DNA of 37,060 nt from a virus. The position numbers and the translations under genes are program-made. The notes under the pieces are model-generated. The model was given only the letters and a program-made list of their open reading frames with translations, did not search any database and had not been told where the DNA came from. Below are positions 1 through 11,502 of the stretch, in pieces (the stretch's first letter is position 1; each line of letters starts with the position of its first letter). The stretch lies in IMG/VR virus record IMGVR_UViG_3300021376_004065; one strand, given 5' to 3'.

Positions 1-933
1 AAGTGTTTAGCCCAGTCTTTATCCATGTTAAAATTTTTGACTCCAACAAATTTACCTAATCCTTCGTTGCCCGATATTGAAACTTGTCTAGGAGAATATG
101 TTCCTTTTGATCTTTTTTCAAGTTTCATTATTTGTGATTCAATTCCTTTTTGATCAACTCCTTTACCTAAAGTCTTAACTGCAGTTCTTGGATCAACCAC
201 TGGACGTTCAATTAAAGACCTAAGTAAAAGTATTTGTTCTTGGTGCAATTTTAAATCCATGCCAGGCAGGTAGTATTCGTGTGCAATAAAACCGCCGTCA
301 CCAGCTACTATATTCGCAAGAAGTTTTCCTTCTGCGGTTTTTCCTTCCCTAAAGGGAATAAGCGCTTCATCAAGAGTTGAATTAAACTCATCGTATTTAA
401 CATTTGAAACATGTATTTCTAATGGATTTAGTACACGAACACTACGTTTGTGCGTTTCTGTTTTTAGATTATCAAGCAAAAATCCAAGCCCTAATCCTCT
501 TAGGGCTCTTGCTTCTTTTGAGCCCGGTGTTAGTTTTGCTGATTTTAAGTATTGATTGATGGCTTGCATGTCAGCCATGAGCGGTCCGAACGGAAGCCTT
601 CTGCCTATCATATTATCAGGCTGTTTTGAAAGTCGAGTAAAAGCTACTAAGCCATCGTCTGCTGCGGTATTAAATGCAGTAGTTAAGTCGTCAAAGAGCT
701 GACCAGTTCTTGTGTATTGTACTCTAAAAGCTCTTCGAACTCTACCATCAGCAGTTGGGACATCTACTTCCACAAGCCTTATTACATTACTGACTCCTAA
801 TGGATTTTCTTCAACAAGTTTTTTAACTAAATTTTTACCAATAGGAAGAACGTTGCCGATTTTCGTCGGTATACATAGACACTAGATCGTCTATTCTTAA
901 GGAAATTGATTCCCCTATCCTTCCGCTACGCAT
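1..933 (-). CDS. N-terminal part of a large putative virion/tail protein, running off the window edge; needs a +1 shift at CGG 858-856; absent from the ORF track
   Basis: ATG at 933-931 overlaps the TAA of the upstream giant gene (TAATG). Frame 0 reads MRSGRIGESISLRIDDLVSMYTDEN-CGG and stops 7 codons later. Skipping the C gives GNVLPIGKNLVKKLVEENPLGVSNVIRLVEV..., open to base 1. Confidence 0.75.
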
Positions 934-3900
934 TATCTAACACCCACTGACATATCGATTCTTTCTCCTCCAAACGGCGTAAACACAGGAGTAACGGAAC
1001 CGTCGACTCCCATCTGTAGCATTAGTTTTCTTAAATCGGCCAAGGTGTCTCTATTGTTTTGTCGTTTTTGAAAAATGGGATAACTTGGATTTGTTAAATT
1101 TGCTTCTTTGATTTGCTGTGGATAGTAACCCATTTGAGACATTTCAATTCCCATAGATTGTCCAATTTTTATTTTTACATGCTCCATATTTGTATTTGGA
1201 TGCCAGCCTTCCCAGTCTGGTTCTGGAAGTTCTCGGTCACTAAAGTACTCATCTAAATCAGGCCTGTCTTCTACGTCCATTCCCCAAGCTGCTTCAAAAA
1301 TTCTTCTTTCGAGTCTTGGTGCAGTTGATAATATCTTTTGCCTTTCTTCAACCGGAGCATTAATCATTGCTCTAAAGTGTTCTCTTTTTCTTTTTGGTAT
1401 TGCTAAAGAAAGATTTTCGATAGAAGCTCCATATATATCTGCTCCATACATTGTTCTACCAGCAGCTGATTTATATCTCTGTGCAGATAGAGAATCTCCC
1501 TCTTGTTGAGCTTGAGACGAAAGGCTCATATTTTTTACATAACTTAAGATATCAACATACTCTTCTAGAGCCATTTGTTTTTTGCGTTCTTCTGGAATAA
1601 ATCTTTGCCCAGTAACAGTTTCGCTTACTTGGCCAAAAACTCCTGCACCTCCTCCAATAAGTCCACCACCCAAAGAGCCAACAACCTTAGCTCTACTTGT
1701 AACTCCAAAGACAGACCCTACTGCAGCCATTACAGACGCTCCGACAAACGGTCCTCTTTGCGTAGCCTTATAGACCATAGGATCTAGGAAGCTTTCAAAT
1801 GGTCTCTGCCATTCTGGAAATGTTGATCCATATACATTTGTTTTTTCATAATCTTCAGCTGCTGTTTTTGTTGGAAGAAATTTTGTATTAAAAATAGTAT
1901 CTCTGTGAGCAAAATATTCTGCGGCTCGATTAATCATAAAACGACTATTTGTCATTCCAGCTTCTTCTGCGTTGGTATATTTATATTTATATGGAGAGAA
2001 ATCTTTTTTATTTGTCATACTTAAAACTTGCTCTCTAGTGTCAGATACCTTTATTCTCTCTTCTGGAGAAATTATTTGAGAATTAATACTTCTATTTAAG
2101 GATCTGTATTCAGCAGAATATGGTGCGATGTTTCCAAGTATGCTAAATTGATCAGCTATTCCATATCTTCCAGAATCGTCAGAAGAAAGAGAATTAAATC
2201 TTTCGTACGCAATTCCAGGAAGTCTTAGTTCTCCTTCTTGAATTTTAGTAAATGGATCTCCTGTTTTAAAATTAATAAAATAATCAGCTCCAGGTAAAAA
2301 TGGATATTTTTGACCCATTGTATTTTGAATTGGATTAATATAATTTACGTTAGTTCTTTCTTTTGGAATAAAACGTCTAATAACTTCTGATATTTCAAGA
2401 TTTCCAATAGCGCCCTGACCAGAAAGGGGAACGTCTCCAAGTCCACCCAAATTAAGATCCCAGAATGCCCTTCCTGTACCATAAGCTTTTGATGCGGATT
2501 GTAGCACGCTTCTTTGCGGTTCAAAATCGCTTTGTCCAAAGCCGAATTTATCTCTTAGTGATCCACCAATAAATCCATATATTCCAAGCATTTCTTGTAT
2601 TTTATACGCTGATTCTGTAGATTGAAACTCAATACTAGGAGTCTCAATTGGGGATCCAGCTGGAACTATTCTTGAAGAGACAGATCCGCTTAATTTTGGT
2701 GGACCAAATGTTGCGGTTGTTAGTATTCTATTTTGAAGCGCTATTCTATTTTGTACATCCATCCCCGCTGTAGCCAAAGGAGTAACGGCCATGTTGGCTT
2801 GTCTAGAATTTATTCCGCCAATTACGGAACCCACTTGTATATTACTTTGATTTGGAGAAATAGTTCCAAGAGAGTTTATACTTTCTCCAATATTATTATT
2901 GATATTATAAGAGCCAAAAGCATTTTGGGTATTCATCATACCAAAACTTGAACTGCCTACTAAATTAGTGTTCTTTTCTGACATCAAAAATGGAGAAACA
3001 TCATACGCTCCCGACTGCCCAACTGCTGTATAATTGACTAAACCAGCCTCTACTCTTTCTTGATGCATTTGTCGTGTTGGCTTAAGAATTTTTCCTACTG
3101 TTGCATTTAAAATTGGAGTTAGTGGTCCAAACGGACCAGTAAAATATTCTCCAGTTACAGGATATGGTCTATCGTAATAATGTTTTGTTTCAAATCTATA
3201 AGGATCAAATGGTCTTAAGGGAGAATAGTCATTGTAGTATAAAGCTTTTTCCAATGGACTGCCATAGGTGTCAGAGGTAAATAGGGCTCCCGCCTGCATT
3301 TTTTGATACCAAGAAGGTCTGTAATACATTATTTTTCCACCCTCAAATGGGGTGTTTCCAAGCGGCCAGAATCTTCCCTGTCTTATCGGTACCTTTCCTT
3401 CGGTAAGTTGTTCTCTTTTTTCTTGATAAGACATTCCACCAGGAATTACTCCAGATATAGCTGATTGAGTTTCGGCTATCCCAGTGCTTAGTGCTCCCAT
3501 GAAATACGGAGAATATACTCTTTCGTTGTTTATATCTCTTTCATTTACGAATCCGCCTATTGTCCTATCGGCGGTCATAATCGTAGATGCTCCAGCTACA
3601 ATTGGAAGAACTCTTTTTGTAACCATTCCCATAGCGTAAAGATCTGCTGGACTACTGTATTTAGAGACATCTAGCTGCATTCCTAAAGTGCCAAAATATC
3701 TATTCAATCTTTCGACTGCATGCCCGCTTGCTACAGACATTCCGGAAAAAGTATTTGGATTTGCGTAGTTACTAAACCCAACTGCGCTTGCTATTGCCCC
3801 AAGTGGATCACGACTAAATACGGTTCCAAATGTTGGAATAAGAACCGAATTTGAATTGCCGCCAAGAACATTAGGTCTTTCATTTATAGTGCTATATGGT

Positions 3901-6900
3901 GCTGTTTTAAATTGTCTAGAAAACGAAGGAATAATTGGACGAATAAATCTTCTTGACTGACTCGTTACTTGGTCTATTGATCCATCGGTCAATGGTTTTA
4001 GTAAGCCTTTTAATTCCTCTGAACTTCTAGCGCCTGTTATGATGCTATGTGCTGCTGCTCTAATGTTGCCAGTCGCAGTTTGTTTTGCCGAGTAGGTTAA
4101 GTGAGAATCTCTAGTTGTTAAAGTTGAAAGCGCAGCTGCTTGGGCTTCTACAAAATCTTCCGCGCTTATAACTCCCCTTTGACGAAGCGACGTCAAGACT
4201 TGATTTAATTCAACTATAGGCTGATTATTTATTCCAAGAGTTTGTTGTGTAGAAGTATTTCTTAAATACAGATACTTTGCGAGTTCGCTTTTTAGTTCGT
4301 CTAATTTTGTAGAAATACTTGGAGAACGTTTTACTACACTTGATGCAGAGAGAAGGTTTCCCTCTTCTAAGATTTGATCTATTCTTGAAAACGAACTTTT
4401 TACTTTTTCAGAAATTGCAGGATTTTTTCTATCTACATATTTTAACTGTTGTGCAAATTCTATTGCGTCTTTTACTGTTTGTAATTTAGAAACTGATTGC
4501 TGTTGAGAAGCTGTTCCAGTTGGCCTATTTTGAAATTTAAATAAATTTTTAAAACTATCTGATGAGGATTCTTCAAATCCTTGAATTACTTTATTAGAGA
4601 ATCCATAAGAAGATATATCGTCCATCAATTTGCTAAACGATCTTAGAAACTCTTCATTTCCTACCAATACTTTACCAGTATTATCATCTACAACATTAAA
4701 TATAGTAGATGGCCCTTCGCCTTGCATATCCAGTCTAAGGGTTCTTCTCCCATATCTTGCTGTTCTTTCTCTTAAAAGTTTTGCAATTACTTGAGGATTA
4801 TTAATATCTGTTTTTCTTTTAGCAAATCGGGAAATGTATTGAAAAAGTGAAGTGGGTTGTTCGTCAGAAAAATCTAATTTTGATTTTACTCTTTCGGTAA
4901 AAGACAGTTGCCCACCGTCAGCCCTTGCAGATGAAATTGAGTCACCCGTTAGGCCAGATGCAAATCTGGCTTGTCTTGCAATAAAAGCTTGACTTAAATT
5001 ATTTCCTGGCCTATAATATCCAGGAAGTTTTTTAGCGACAGTTGAACCATCTTGATCTAAATATGCTGTTACGGTACCTTTAGTCTTTCTTAAAAAAGAC
5101 CTTTTTGTTTCGTATATGAAAAATCTTGCATCGGTGTTAGCTTCTGCGCCCAAAAATGGTTGAATGGAGTTTCCTGGAACAAAATGTATTGGACCCTTTT
5201 TTGCCATATCTTGAAATTGATTAAGACCAAATAAGCTGTTTGCATTAAGGTGTACTAACGGTATTTCAAATTCGCTAGCAAAGAAATTTCCCAAAGATCT
5301 TAAAGTGCCAGTTAACTTGGTGGTGTCAATTATTTGACCAGACTTATTTGAATAAAGTCCATTAACAACAGAGTGACCTATGGAATCTGAAATGGGGTCT
5401 TTAAATCCCATTTGCCTATTTATATCTAGCAAGATCCTTTGCTGTCTTTCGTCTAAATAATTAAAAAATCCCCTGTTTCTTGCTTCATCAAAGCTTACCG
5501 GTCTTAGGCCAAGAAAATTATAGCCAGAAGAAGAAAGTGGTTTACTTAATTGTTTATTGTTTAATAAAAACGCTCTAAGTGATGTAAAGTTTTCTGAATC
5601 TAGTGCATTTCTGGCAAGAAAATTGTTGACAATATCGCTGGACGTTCTTTTCCCTTGTTCGTCTATCATCTTTAAGCCCAAGACACTTGCAGATTTTCTT
5701 TGTAGGTATTCTTTTTCTTGGGTTGATAATTGTCCCGTAAAAGATCTCAGAGTCATTACTTGTGGCTTTAGCAGGCCTGAAGTATGATTAATTAAGTCCT
5801 TATCGTAAAATGTTCTCCATTGACTTTTTATTTTTTTCTCTACATTTACTTGAAATTCTTTAGAAGAAAAGGCTCTATTTGCGGCGTTCAGTGCTCTCTG
5901 AAGAACGTCTCCGCTAAGACCGGAATCTTTAAATCCTTTTATTCCCGAAGCTCTAATTGACATTTCTGCAAAAAAGTCAACATCTGTTGATTTAAAAATA
6001 TCATCTTTACCAATAGTAAAAACTTGACTAGTGTCTAGTCTGGCGCCACCTCTGGGCAGTTTTTTTATAGTTACTTGTCTAGCAAAAAGATCTGACGCAC
6101 TTCTGGAAACACCCTGAGCATTTAGGTGTTGTCTAACTTGAGTTCTTAACTCGCTTCTAAGCGCCTCTTCGAAAAATTTGCCCTCTTTTAATCTTTGTCT
6201 GTTTCCATAAGTATTATGACCAGCCATCAGTTCGTCAATGGTTGAAACAAAACTAGTTAATCTACTTTGATGCTGATATGCAATACTTTCTTTTGCTTTG
6301 TTTAATGAAATTCTTGCGGCGTCAAGATATTCTTCTTGATCTCCTTTGGCTAAACTGTCAAATGGAGTCTTAGAGCTTTTTCTTGCTCTTGCCATGGCAA
6401 TTCTTCTTATTGCCTGGTCATTGCTTATTGCCTGATTTAATGCATCGTATGCTTGTCCAGAAGTTCTAAATGAATCTCTAAAATTAGAAAAACCAGACCT
6501 AAAACCTCTTAACGTTGGAATAAGATCAACTAATCCATAAGATCCTGAAACGCTCGATCCTTCTTCTTTGCCGCCTAAGAATATTTGTTTACCAAAGCCG
6601 GTAATAGTATTCTGTTGAGTTTTTCTAGCGCTTTCTCGAACACTTCTAAAGATCTGACCTTGATTTGGTTGATCAGTTCTTGCTTTTTCAATTCCGGAAT
6701 TAAAAGCGCTAGACAACTGGGTTGATGTTCTAATTACCCTATTTGTAACCTTTGTAAGGTCGTGACCAACTTCGTCCATTATTGTCGTAAGATCTACGAA
6801 TCTTTTTTGTACGTTCTCCTGAAAAAGAGATTTTGGTGAAGAATACAGGCTTGTTGCCAGTGATCTTCTTGCGGTACTTAATCCAGCTGACGCTGCATCA

Positions 6901-7648
6901 AAGGGTGCCAAAATAGCAAACGTGTTAATAACTGATTGCTTAGCGAAGTCTGCGACTACATCTACCGGATTATACCACTTAACTTTTCTTCTGTTTTCAT
7001 CATATCCAAATAATGGATCGCTAAATCCTCTTTGAGCAACGTACATTGATGGGAGCAGGTACGGAAGCTTTCTTCCGGTGCTAACCATTTTCTGCTGTAT
7101 TTCATCTCTAGCCGACCATATCGCTGCCGGTTCTTTTGTTAGTCCTCTTCCTGCATCTCTGATTTCTTCTCTAGTAAAATGCATTCCGTGTCTTGCATTT
7201 TTAGCGGCAGAAGAATAACCAGTAGTCAATCCTCCCTCTGCTGTTTCTAATACTAAATTTTTATAAAAATAATCTGGATCGACCCCTTCACCTATTGTCC
7301 TGGATACGCCTTCCATCATGTCTAGGACTCTTCTTAGTTCGCCTACGCTTTCTACTGTTCTTGTTGCGTAATTTGATATTCCGTTGACTTCTTGCGCTTC
7401 TCGCTGAACTGTCAATAGACTTCGCTAAGCGCAGGCCACCCTTTCTAACCAATGCGGATGCAGCAGTGGCGGCTACGACAGCAGCTGTATTAGCAGCTAA
7501 AAATTTTAAAAAAGGATGTGAATTTAGTGCTCTAGAAATATAACCAGAATTAGGACTTGGACCTTCGGATTCTCCGCTCGTTTATAGGAACATCCCTAGA
7601 GGTGACACCATGTCCAATGTTCGACAATGGCCCTCTATCTCTCTGCAT
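933..7648 (-). CDS. Giant tape-measure-like virion protein, ~2237 aa after two +1 shifts (CGG at 7576-7574 and 7383-7381)
   Basis: The 2160-aa ORF in the track has only a TTG start. An ATG at 7648 with an AAGGGG SD-like motif lies just after the upstream stop (7667) and joins the long ORF through two C-skips. Size, position after tube and chaperone genes, and Gly/Ala-rich hydrophobic segments (VGSLGGGLIGGGAGVFG) fit a tape measure-like protein. Confidence 0.7.
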
Positions 7649-7666
7649 TTGTTCCCCCTAAGAGTG

Positions 7667-8296
7667 TTATCCTTTACCCCAAAGCTTCTGAGCAATTGGA
7701 TCATCGTAGTTTGCAGCGCCTTCTGTTTTAGAAAGATTATGCCTTGCTGCTGTAGTCTTTTTCTTTTCTTCTTCTTCTTGTGGATCTATAAGCTCTAATT
7801 TAAGCTGATTGGGTTGTACTCCGTGCATATTTTGTGTTATTTCAATAATTCTTTCTGATAGTGCAACTTTTTCTGCCAATTGAGAATACGTCATTTCATC
7901 TAAATCTTCCGGTTTATATGTAGATATAGTAGCTAAAACAAAGGCTTTCATTAAGCTTCTAACCTGTGTAGATTGATCCCTTTTTTGCTGAAGAATGGTT
8001 TTTGCAGTTTTTGGATTGCTAAAGCCCGACGCATCGAGTATTTCTTGAGCTAAAGAAGAAACAAGCCCCGCCTGCATTTTGTTAATATTAAAGTCTTCTG
8101 GATATACTACAGCCGTGGCAATTATTTGATCTTCAGAATCAACGGAAGAACCATCCTCTAGATTTTGCAAAAGTGCAATATCGTCAAACTCTGAAAATGT
8201 AAGTTCTCTAAATATTATTGTTTGATTTTTGACTTCGGTAGTAAATATATTACCATATTTAAGCTTTAAAGATAATACTAAATCAGAATCTAACAT
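7667..8296 (-). CDS. Putative tail assembly chaperone (paralogue 2)
   Basis: Lies between tube genes and the tape measure-like gene. Shares FRELT..E...YP...AGL.S.LAQE.L.ASGF with the adjacent 187-aa protein. Confidence 0.55.
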   Translation of the reverse strand: MLDSDLVLSLKLKYGNIFTTEVKNQTIIFRELTFSEFDDIALLQNLEDGSSVDSEDQIIATAVVYPEDFNINKMQAGLVSSLAQEILDASGFSNPKTAKTILQQKRDQSTQVRSLMKAFVLATISTYKPEDLDEMTYSQLAEKVALSERIIEITQNMHGVQPNQLKLELIDPQEEEEKKKTTAARHNLSKTEGAANYDDPIAQKLWGKG

Positions 8297-8303
8297 CGTT
8301 TGA

Positions 8304-8867
8304 TTATAGCTGTCTTACCTCTAAGGCAACGAATCCAGATGCTTCCAATACCTCTTGCGCTATCAAAGATGGTAACCCGGCTAATTCTTTAGTTAATGCA
8401 TTTCTGTCAAAAGATGGATACAGTATGCATATTTCTGCTATAGACTCTTCGTTCCACATGTTTGCTTCTGCTGAAGAAAGTTGTCCAGATTGAACAAGTT
8501 GTTCCATTTTTTTTACAAGCTGTTTATATTCAATTCTTGAAAGAGTTCTCCAAACAATGTGTTTGTCAAAAGAAATCGAGGTAACATATACCTCTTCGTG
8601 CTTTTGTTTCCACATTTTTATTGTTCCAGCGGTTGGTCCGCCTGGCCATATTTCTTCATCATCCGGTAAATCTTCTACCTCTGTAGTTTGCTCTACCATA
8701 TCATTAGCAAAATCTTCAGCCTCCTGTGATCGAATTTCATCTTCTTTAAGGGCTTGAACGAGTTCTGGCGAGAGCTCTTCCTGCTCTAATGTGTTTGTAG
8801 CTGTTGTGCCCGCTCCCGAAGTTACACTGACTTTTCTTCCTTTATTTTTACTTTTATTTTCTGACAT
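8304..8867 (-). CDS. Putative tail assembly chaperone (paralogue 1)
   Basis: Acidic N-terminus, WRTLSRIEY...LYP...AGLPSLIAQEVLEASGF, AGGAG SD upstream, and synteny. Confidence 0.55.
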   Translation of the reverse strand: MSENKSKNKGRKVSVTSGAGTTATNTLEQEELSPELVQALKEDEIRSQEAEDFANDMVEQTTEVEDLPDDEEIWPGGPTAGTIKMWKQKHEEVYVTSISFDKHIVWRTLSRIEYKQLVKKMEQLVQSGQLSSAEANMWNEESIAEICILYPSFDRNALTKELAGLPSLIAQEVLEASGFVALEVRQL

Positions 8868-8967
8868 GATAACTCCTAATTATTGTAGTAAATTATTTTC
8901 AATACATAATATCATATATTCTCAATATAATCAAAACTTAATATAATTTAAATATATTAGATTATTT

Positions 8968-9954
8968 TTATCTAACTTTACCGCTACCCGGACCGCTTGT
9001 TTGGGTATTGTCGGATTTTTTCGAACCTGTTTCTTCAATAACTAAATTAGCTAATGGATTTGTTGATTCATCTGCTATTGTAAAATACGTATCCTTAGCT
9101 ATAAATTCATACGCTTCTTGAATTGGAGAACCAGCCGTATCATATCCGGTTGACATATTCATTAATTGAACGCTTTGCAAGACGATTTTCATTGGAGTTC
9201 TTTGATTTGTTATTTTTGTCAATCTAGTATTATAGTCCGTTGATAATATTCTATCATAGTTGTCAATCGAAGCTGTATTATTTGTAGACTGTTGCGAAGA
9301 CCTAAGGCTTAACCCATCTTCTTGCGTTCCACAATATATAATTAAATTAAATGGCGGATGCGCACTGAATATATTTTTATTGTAAGATTCGTATTCGCCC
9401 TTGTTTCCTGGATCATTTGCAATTCTGTCTAATTGACTTCTTGCCCAATATTTTTGTATATTTTTTTCATCTTCCGAATTTAGACCCTCTGCTGTATCTG
9501 ACAATAGGCTTATTACATGTTCTGTAGGCTTTCTTCCTACGCTCTCAGTTCTTACTTTCGCTGCCTTTTCTAGTAAATCCGTCATTCTTCTTGGGTATCT
9601 AAATACTAAAACCATATTACCCGCAACTATCCTACTTCCATACATAACTGCGTCGTAGTTGTATGACCAAAATCCATATAGAGGTTGCTTTTCTTGTTTG
9701 ATAGTAAAGTTAAAGGAAGATATTTCTAATTCATCAGCCGGAGAAAAAAGTCCATCTATGTATATTTTAACATCTGAACCAGAAAAAAAATAATCAAAGT
9801 AAGAATTGAAATTAGTATCTTCTCTTGATCTACCTGCCCATTTTAAATCAAGCTCTTTATCTAAAGGATCAAACGTAGTTGAGGAACCTACAACTCCAGT
9901 TGGAATATATCCACTAAATGGTCTAAATCTTTCTGTATATTTTCTACTTGGCAT
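8968..9954 (-). CDS. Tail-tube-like structural protein (paralogue 3)
   Basis: FFSGSDVKI...FTIKQEKQPLYG.....G.RIVAGNMV aligns by eye with the two neighbouring tube-like proteins. Confidence 0.55.
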   Translation of the reverse strand: MPSRKYTERFRPFSGYIPTGVVGSSTTFDPLDKELDLKWAGRSREDTNFNSYFDYFFSGSDVKIYIDGLFSPADELEISSFNFTIKQEKQPLYGFWSYNYDAVMYGSRIVAGNMVLVFRYPRRMTDLLEKAAKVRTESVGRKPTEHVISLLSDTAEGLNSEDEKNIQKYWARSQLDRIANDPGNKGEYESYNKNIFSAHPPFNLIIYCGTQEDGLSLRSSQQSTNNTASIDNYDRILSTDYNTRLTKITNQRTPMKIVLQSVQLMNMSTGYDTAGSPIQEAYEFIAKDTYFTIADESTNPLANLVIEETGSKKSDNTQTSGPGSGKVR

Positions 9955-9966
9955 GAGCGTATATTC

Positions 9967-10707
9967 CTATGGTTTAATAATTTTATCTATAACATTTTTG
10001 TATTCATCTTCTTTATTTCCAAAAAACTTTTTCGATATAATTGATGAATTAACATTTTTTTCTACGTCTTCTGGATACATAAAATCATCCTGCGGATCAT
10101 ACTGCAAAAGGGGTTGAATTCCTCTGGCCATATATGTATAAGTTTGCTCAGTAATAAGATCGTCTATAGACATTGTTTGTCCTTCGTCGACTATGGTTAA
10201 TCCATACACTTTCATTTTACCATATAATCCATATTCATTAAAGAAAGATAAAACAACATCAAAAGGAGGAAGCATGTCAGCGAGTGGAGAATATCCAAGA
10301 ATTGCCAATTTTCTTTTGAATTGTTTTATTCTATAAAACGCATATTCGTTAAATACAGTAAAAACTAAGGATCCTGCTATTGTTCTTGGACCCTTTATGA
10401 AACCTCTTGGATTAACATGTCCAAGCACTCTTACTGGAGTATTTTCTCTATGTATTGAATACGATATCGTTTGAAGTTCCGCTAATTCAATTACGTCACC
10501 CTGTGCGGCAATTTGTCCAGATTCAAGCAGATCTGGTATTACTAAAGTAGCATTGATGTCTACTCCCGCAAAAGACATGTTAGAGAAAGGATCTGGAAGA
10601 TTTCTATCCTGCCTATATTTTCTAACGCTATTTTCATAAACTTGATATCTTTTTGTTTTGTCTATTTTAGAAACATCTATATCTGATGGAACAAAACTAT
10701 TTGACAT
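9967..10707 (-). CDS. Tail-tube-like structural protein (paralogue 2)
   Basis: SFAGVDI...ISYSIHRENTPVRVLGHVNPRGFIKGPRTIAGSLVFTVF...PPFD...MSIDDLITEQTYTYMAR is clearly homologous to the 229-aa protein. Confidence 0.6.
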   Translation of the reverse strand: MSNSFVPSDIDVSKIDKTKRYQVYENSVRKYRQDRNLPDPFSNMSFAGVDINATLVIPDLLESGQIAAQGDVIELAELQTISYSIHRENTPVRVLGHVNPRGFIKGPRTIAGSLVFTVFNEYAFYRIKQFKRKLAILGYSPLADMLPPFDVVLSFFNEYGLYGKMKVYGLTIVDEGQTMSIDDLITEQTYTYMARGIQPLLQYDPQDDFMYPEDVEKNVNSSIISKKFFGNKEDEYKNVIDKIIKP

Positions 10708-10721
10708 TGATTCTCCTTATT

Positions 10722-10754
10722 AATAAATAAAGTGTGGAGAAATTTCCTCCACAC
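10722..10754 (-). terminator. Intrinsic terminator after the major tail tube gene
   Basis: Perfect 8-bp stem GTGTGGAG/CTCCACAC (10732-10739 and 10747-10754) with a 7-nt loop, followed by TTTATTTATT on the minus strand. Confidence 0.75.
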
Positions 10755-10779
10755 CCTACTTAATATTATTAGTTAAGAA

Positions 10780-11469
10780 TTATGGTCTAATGATATCTGT
10801 ATTCAGCTTAGCTGACTTTGCGGCGTCTCCGCTAATAATGTCAGAAAGATTTTCAGAATTAAATCTATACATTTGATCATTAGCTATCTTATACATTGGA
10901 CCAAGCTCTCTTGCAACGTATGTCATTGTCTCTTCTATCACAATGTCATCCATTGAAGCGCCTGAACCTTCGTTCAATAATTCTACGCCGTATATTGATC
11001 TTGCAGCAGCTTGACCATATTCGTTTACGAATGTAATCGTAATATCAAATGGTGGTATTTGATCTGCATAAAATGGAACCTTAGAGGTAACGTCTCTTGT
11101 TTGGTCTGTTACTTCTGATATTCCTCTTCTATGATTTGTATCACCTGGCAATGTATTGTGTGCCCTGGTAAAAAACTTCATTTGTTCTGGTGTGTTGTGG
11201 TGCTTGTCAAGCATGGTATAAAGAGCTGGTCTGTCAAATACTGTAAATATTAACGATCCAGCTATTCCACGCTTTCCTCTAGAGAAAGACCTAGGGTTCG
11301 GTGAACCCATTGTGTATATCGGGGCTTTTTCTCTTGTTACCGAGAACGTAATTCCCGATAGTGCACCTATCTCTATGCCGCCAAATGTTGCGACAATATC
11401 TGCCCCAGAAAATGTTGTATAAGTGTTTAAATACTTATTGACTGGGCCATCGTAATATTCTCCTGCCAT
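10780..11469 (-). CDS. Putative major tail tube protein
   Basis: Directly downstream of the sheath-like gene, GGAGG SD, followed by a terminator. TFSGADIVATFGG...SVTREKAPIYTMG...RGKRGIAGSLIF fits a beta-rich tube protein. Confidence 0.65.
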   Translation of the reverse strand: MAGEYYDGPVNKYLNTYTTFSGADIVATFGGIEIGALSGITFSVTREKAPIYTMGSPNPRSFSRGKRGIAGSLIFTVFDRPALYTMLDKHHNTPEQMKFFTRAHNTLPGDTNHRRGISEVTDQTRDVTSKVPFYADQIPPFDITITFVNEYGQAAARSIYGVELLNEGSGASMDDIVIEETMTYVARELGPMYKIANDQMYRFNSENLSDIISGDAAKSAKLNTDIIRP

Positions 11470-11502
11470 ATATTTGAACCCTCCAGTTCTTTATCGGTTA
11501 TA

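Noticed and set aside
7667-8867. Classical -1 slippery frameshift between tail chaperone genes
   Set aside because: Both ORFs have their own start and stop and are full paralogues; no convincing XXXYYYZ site near the end of the first.
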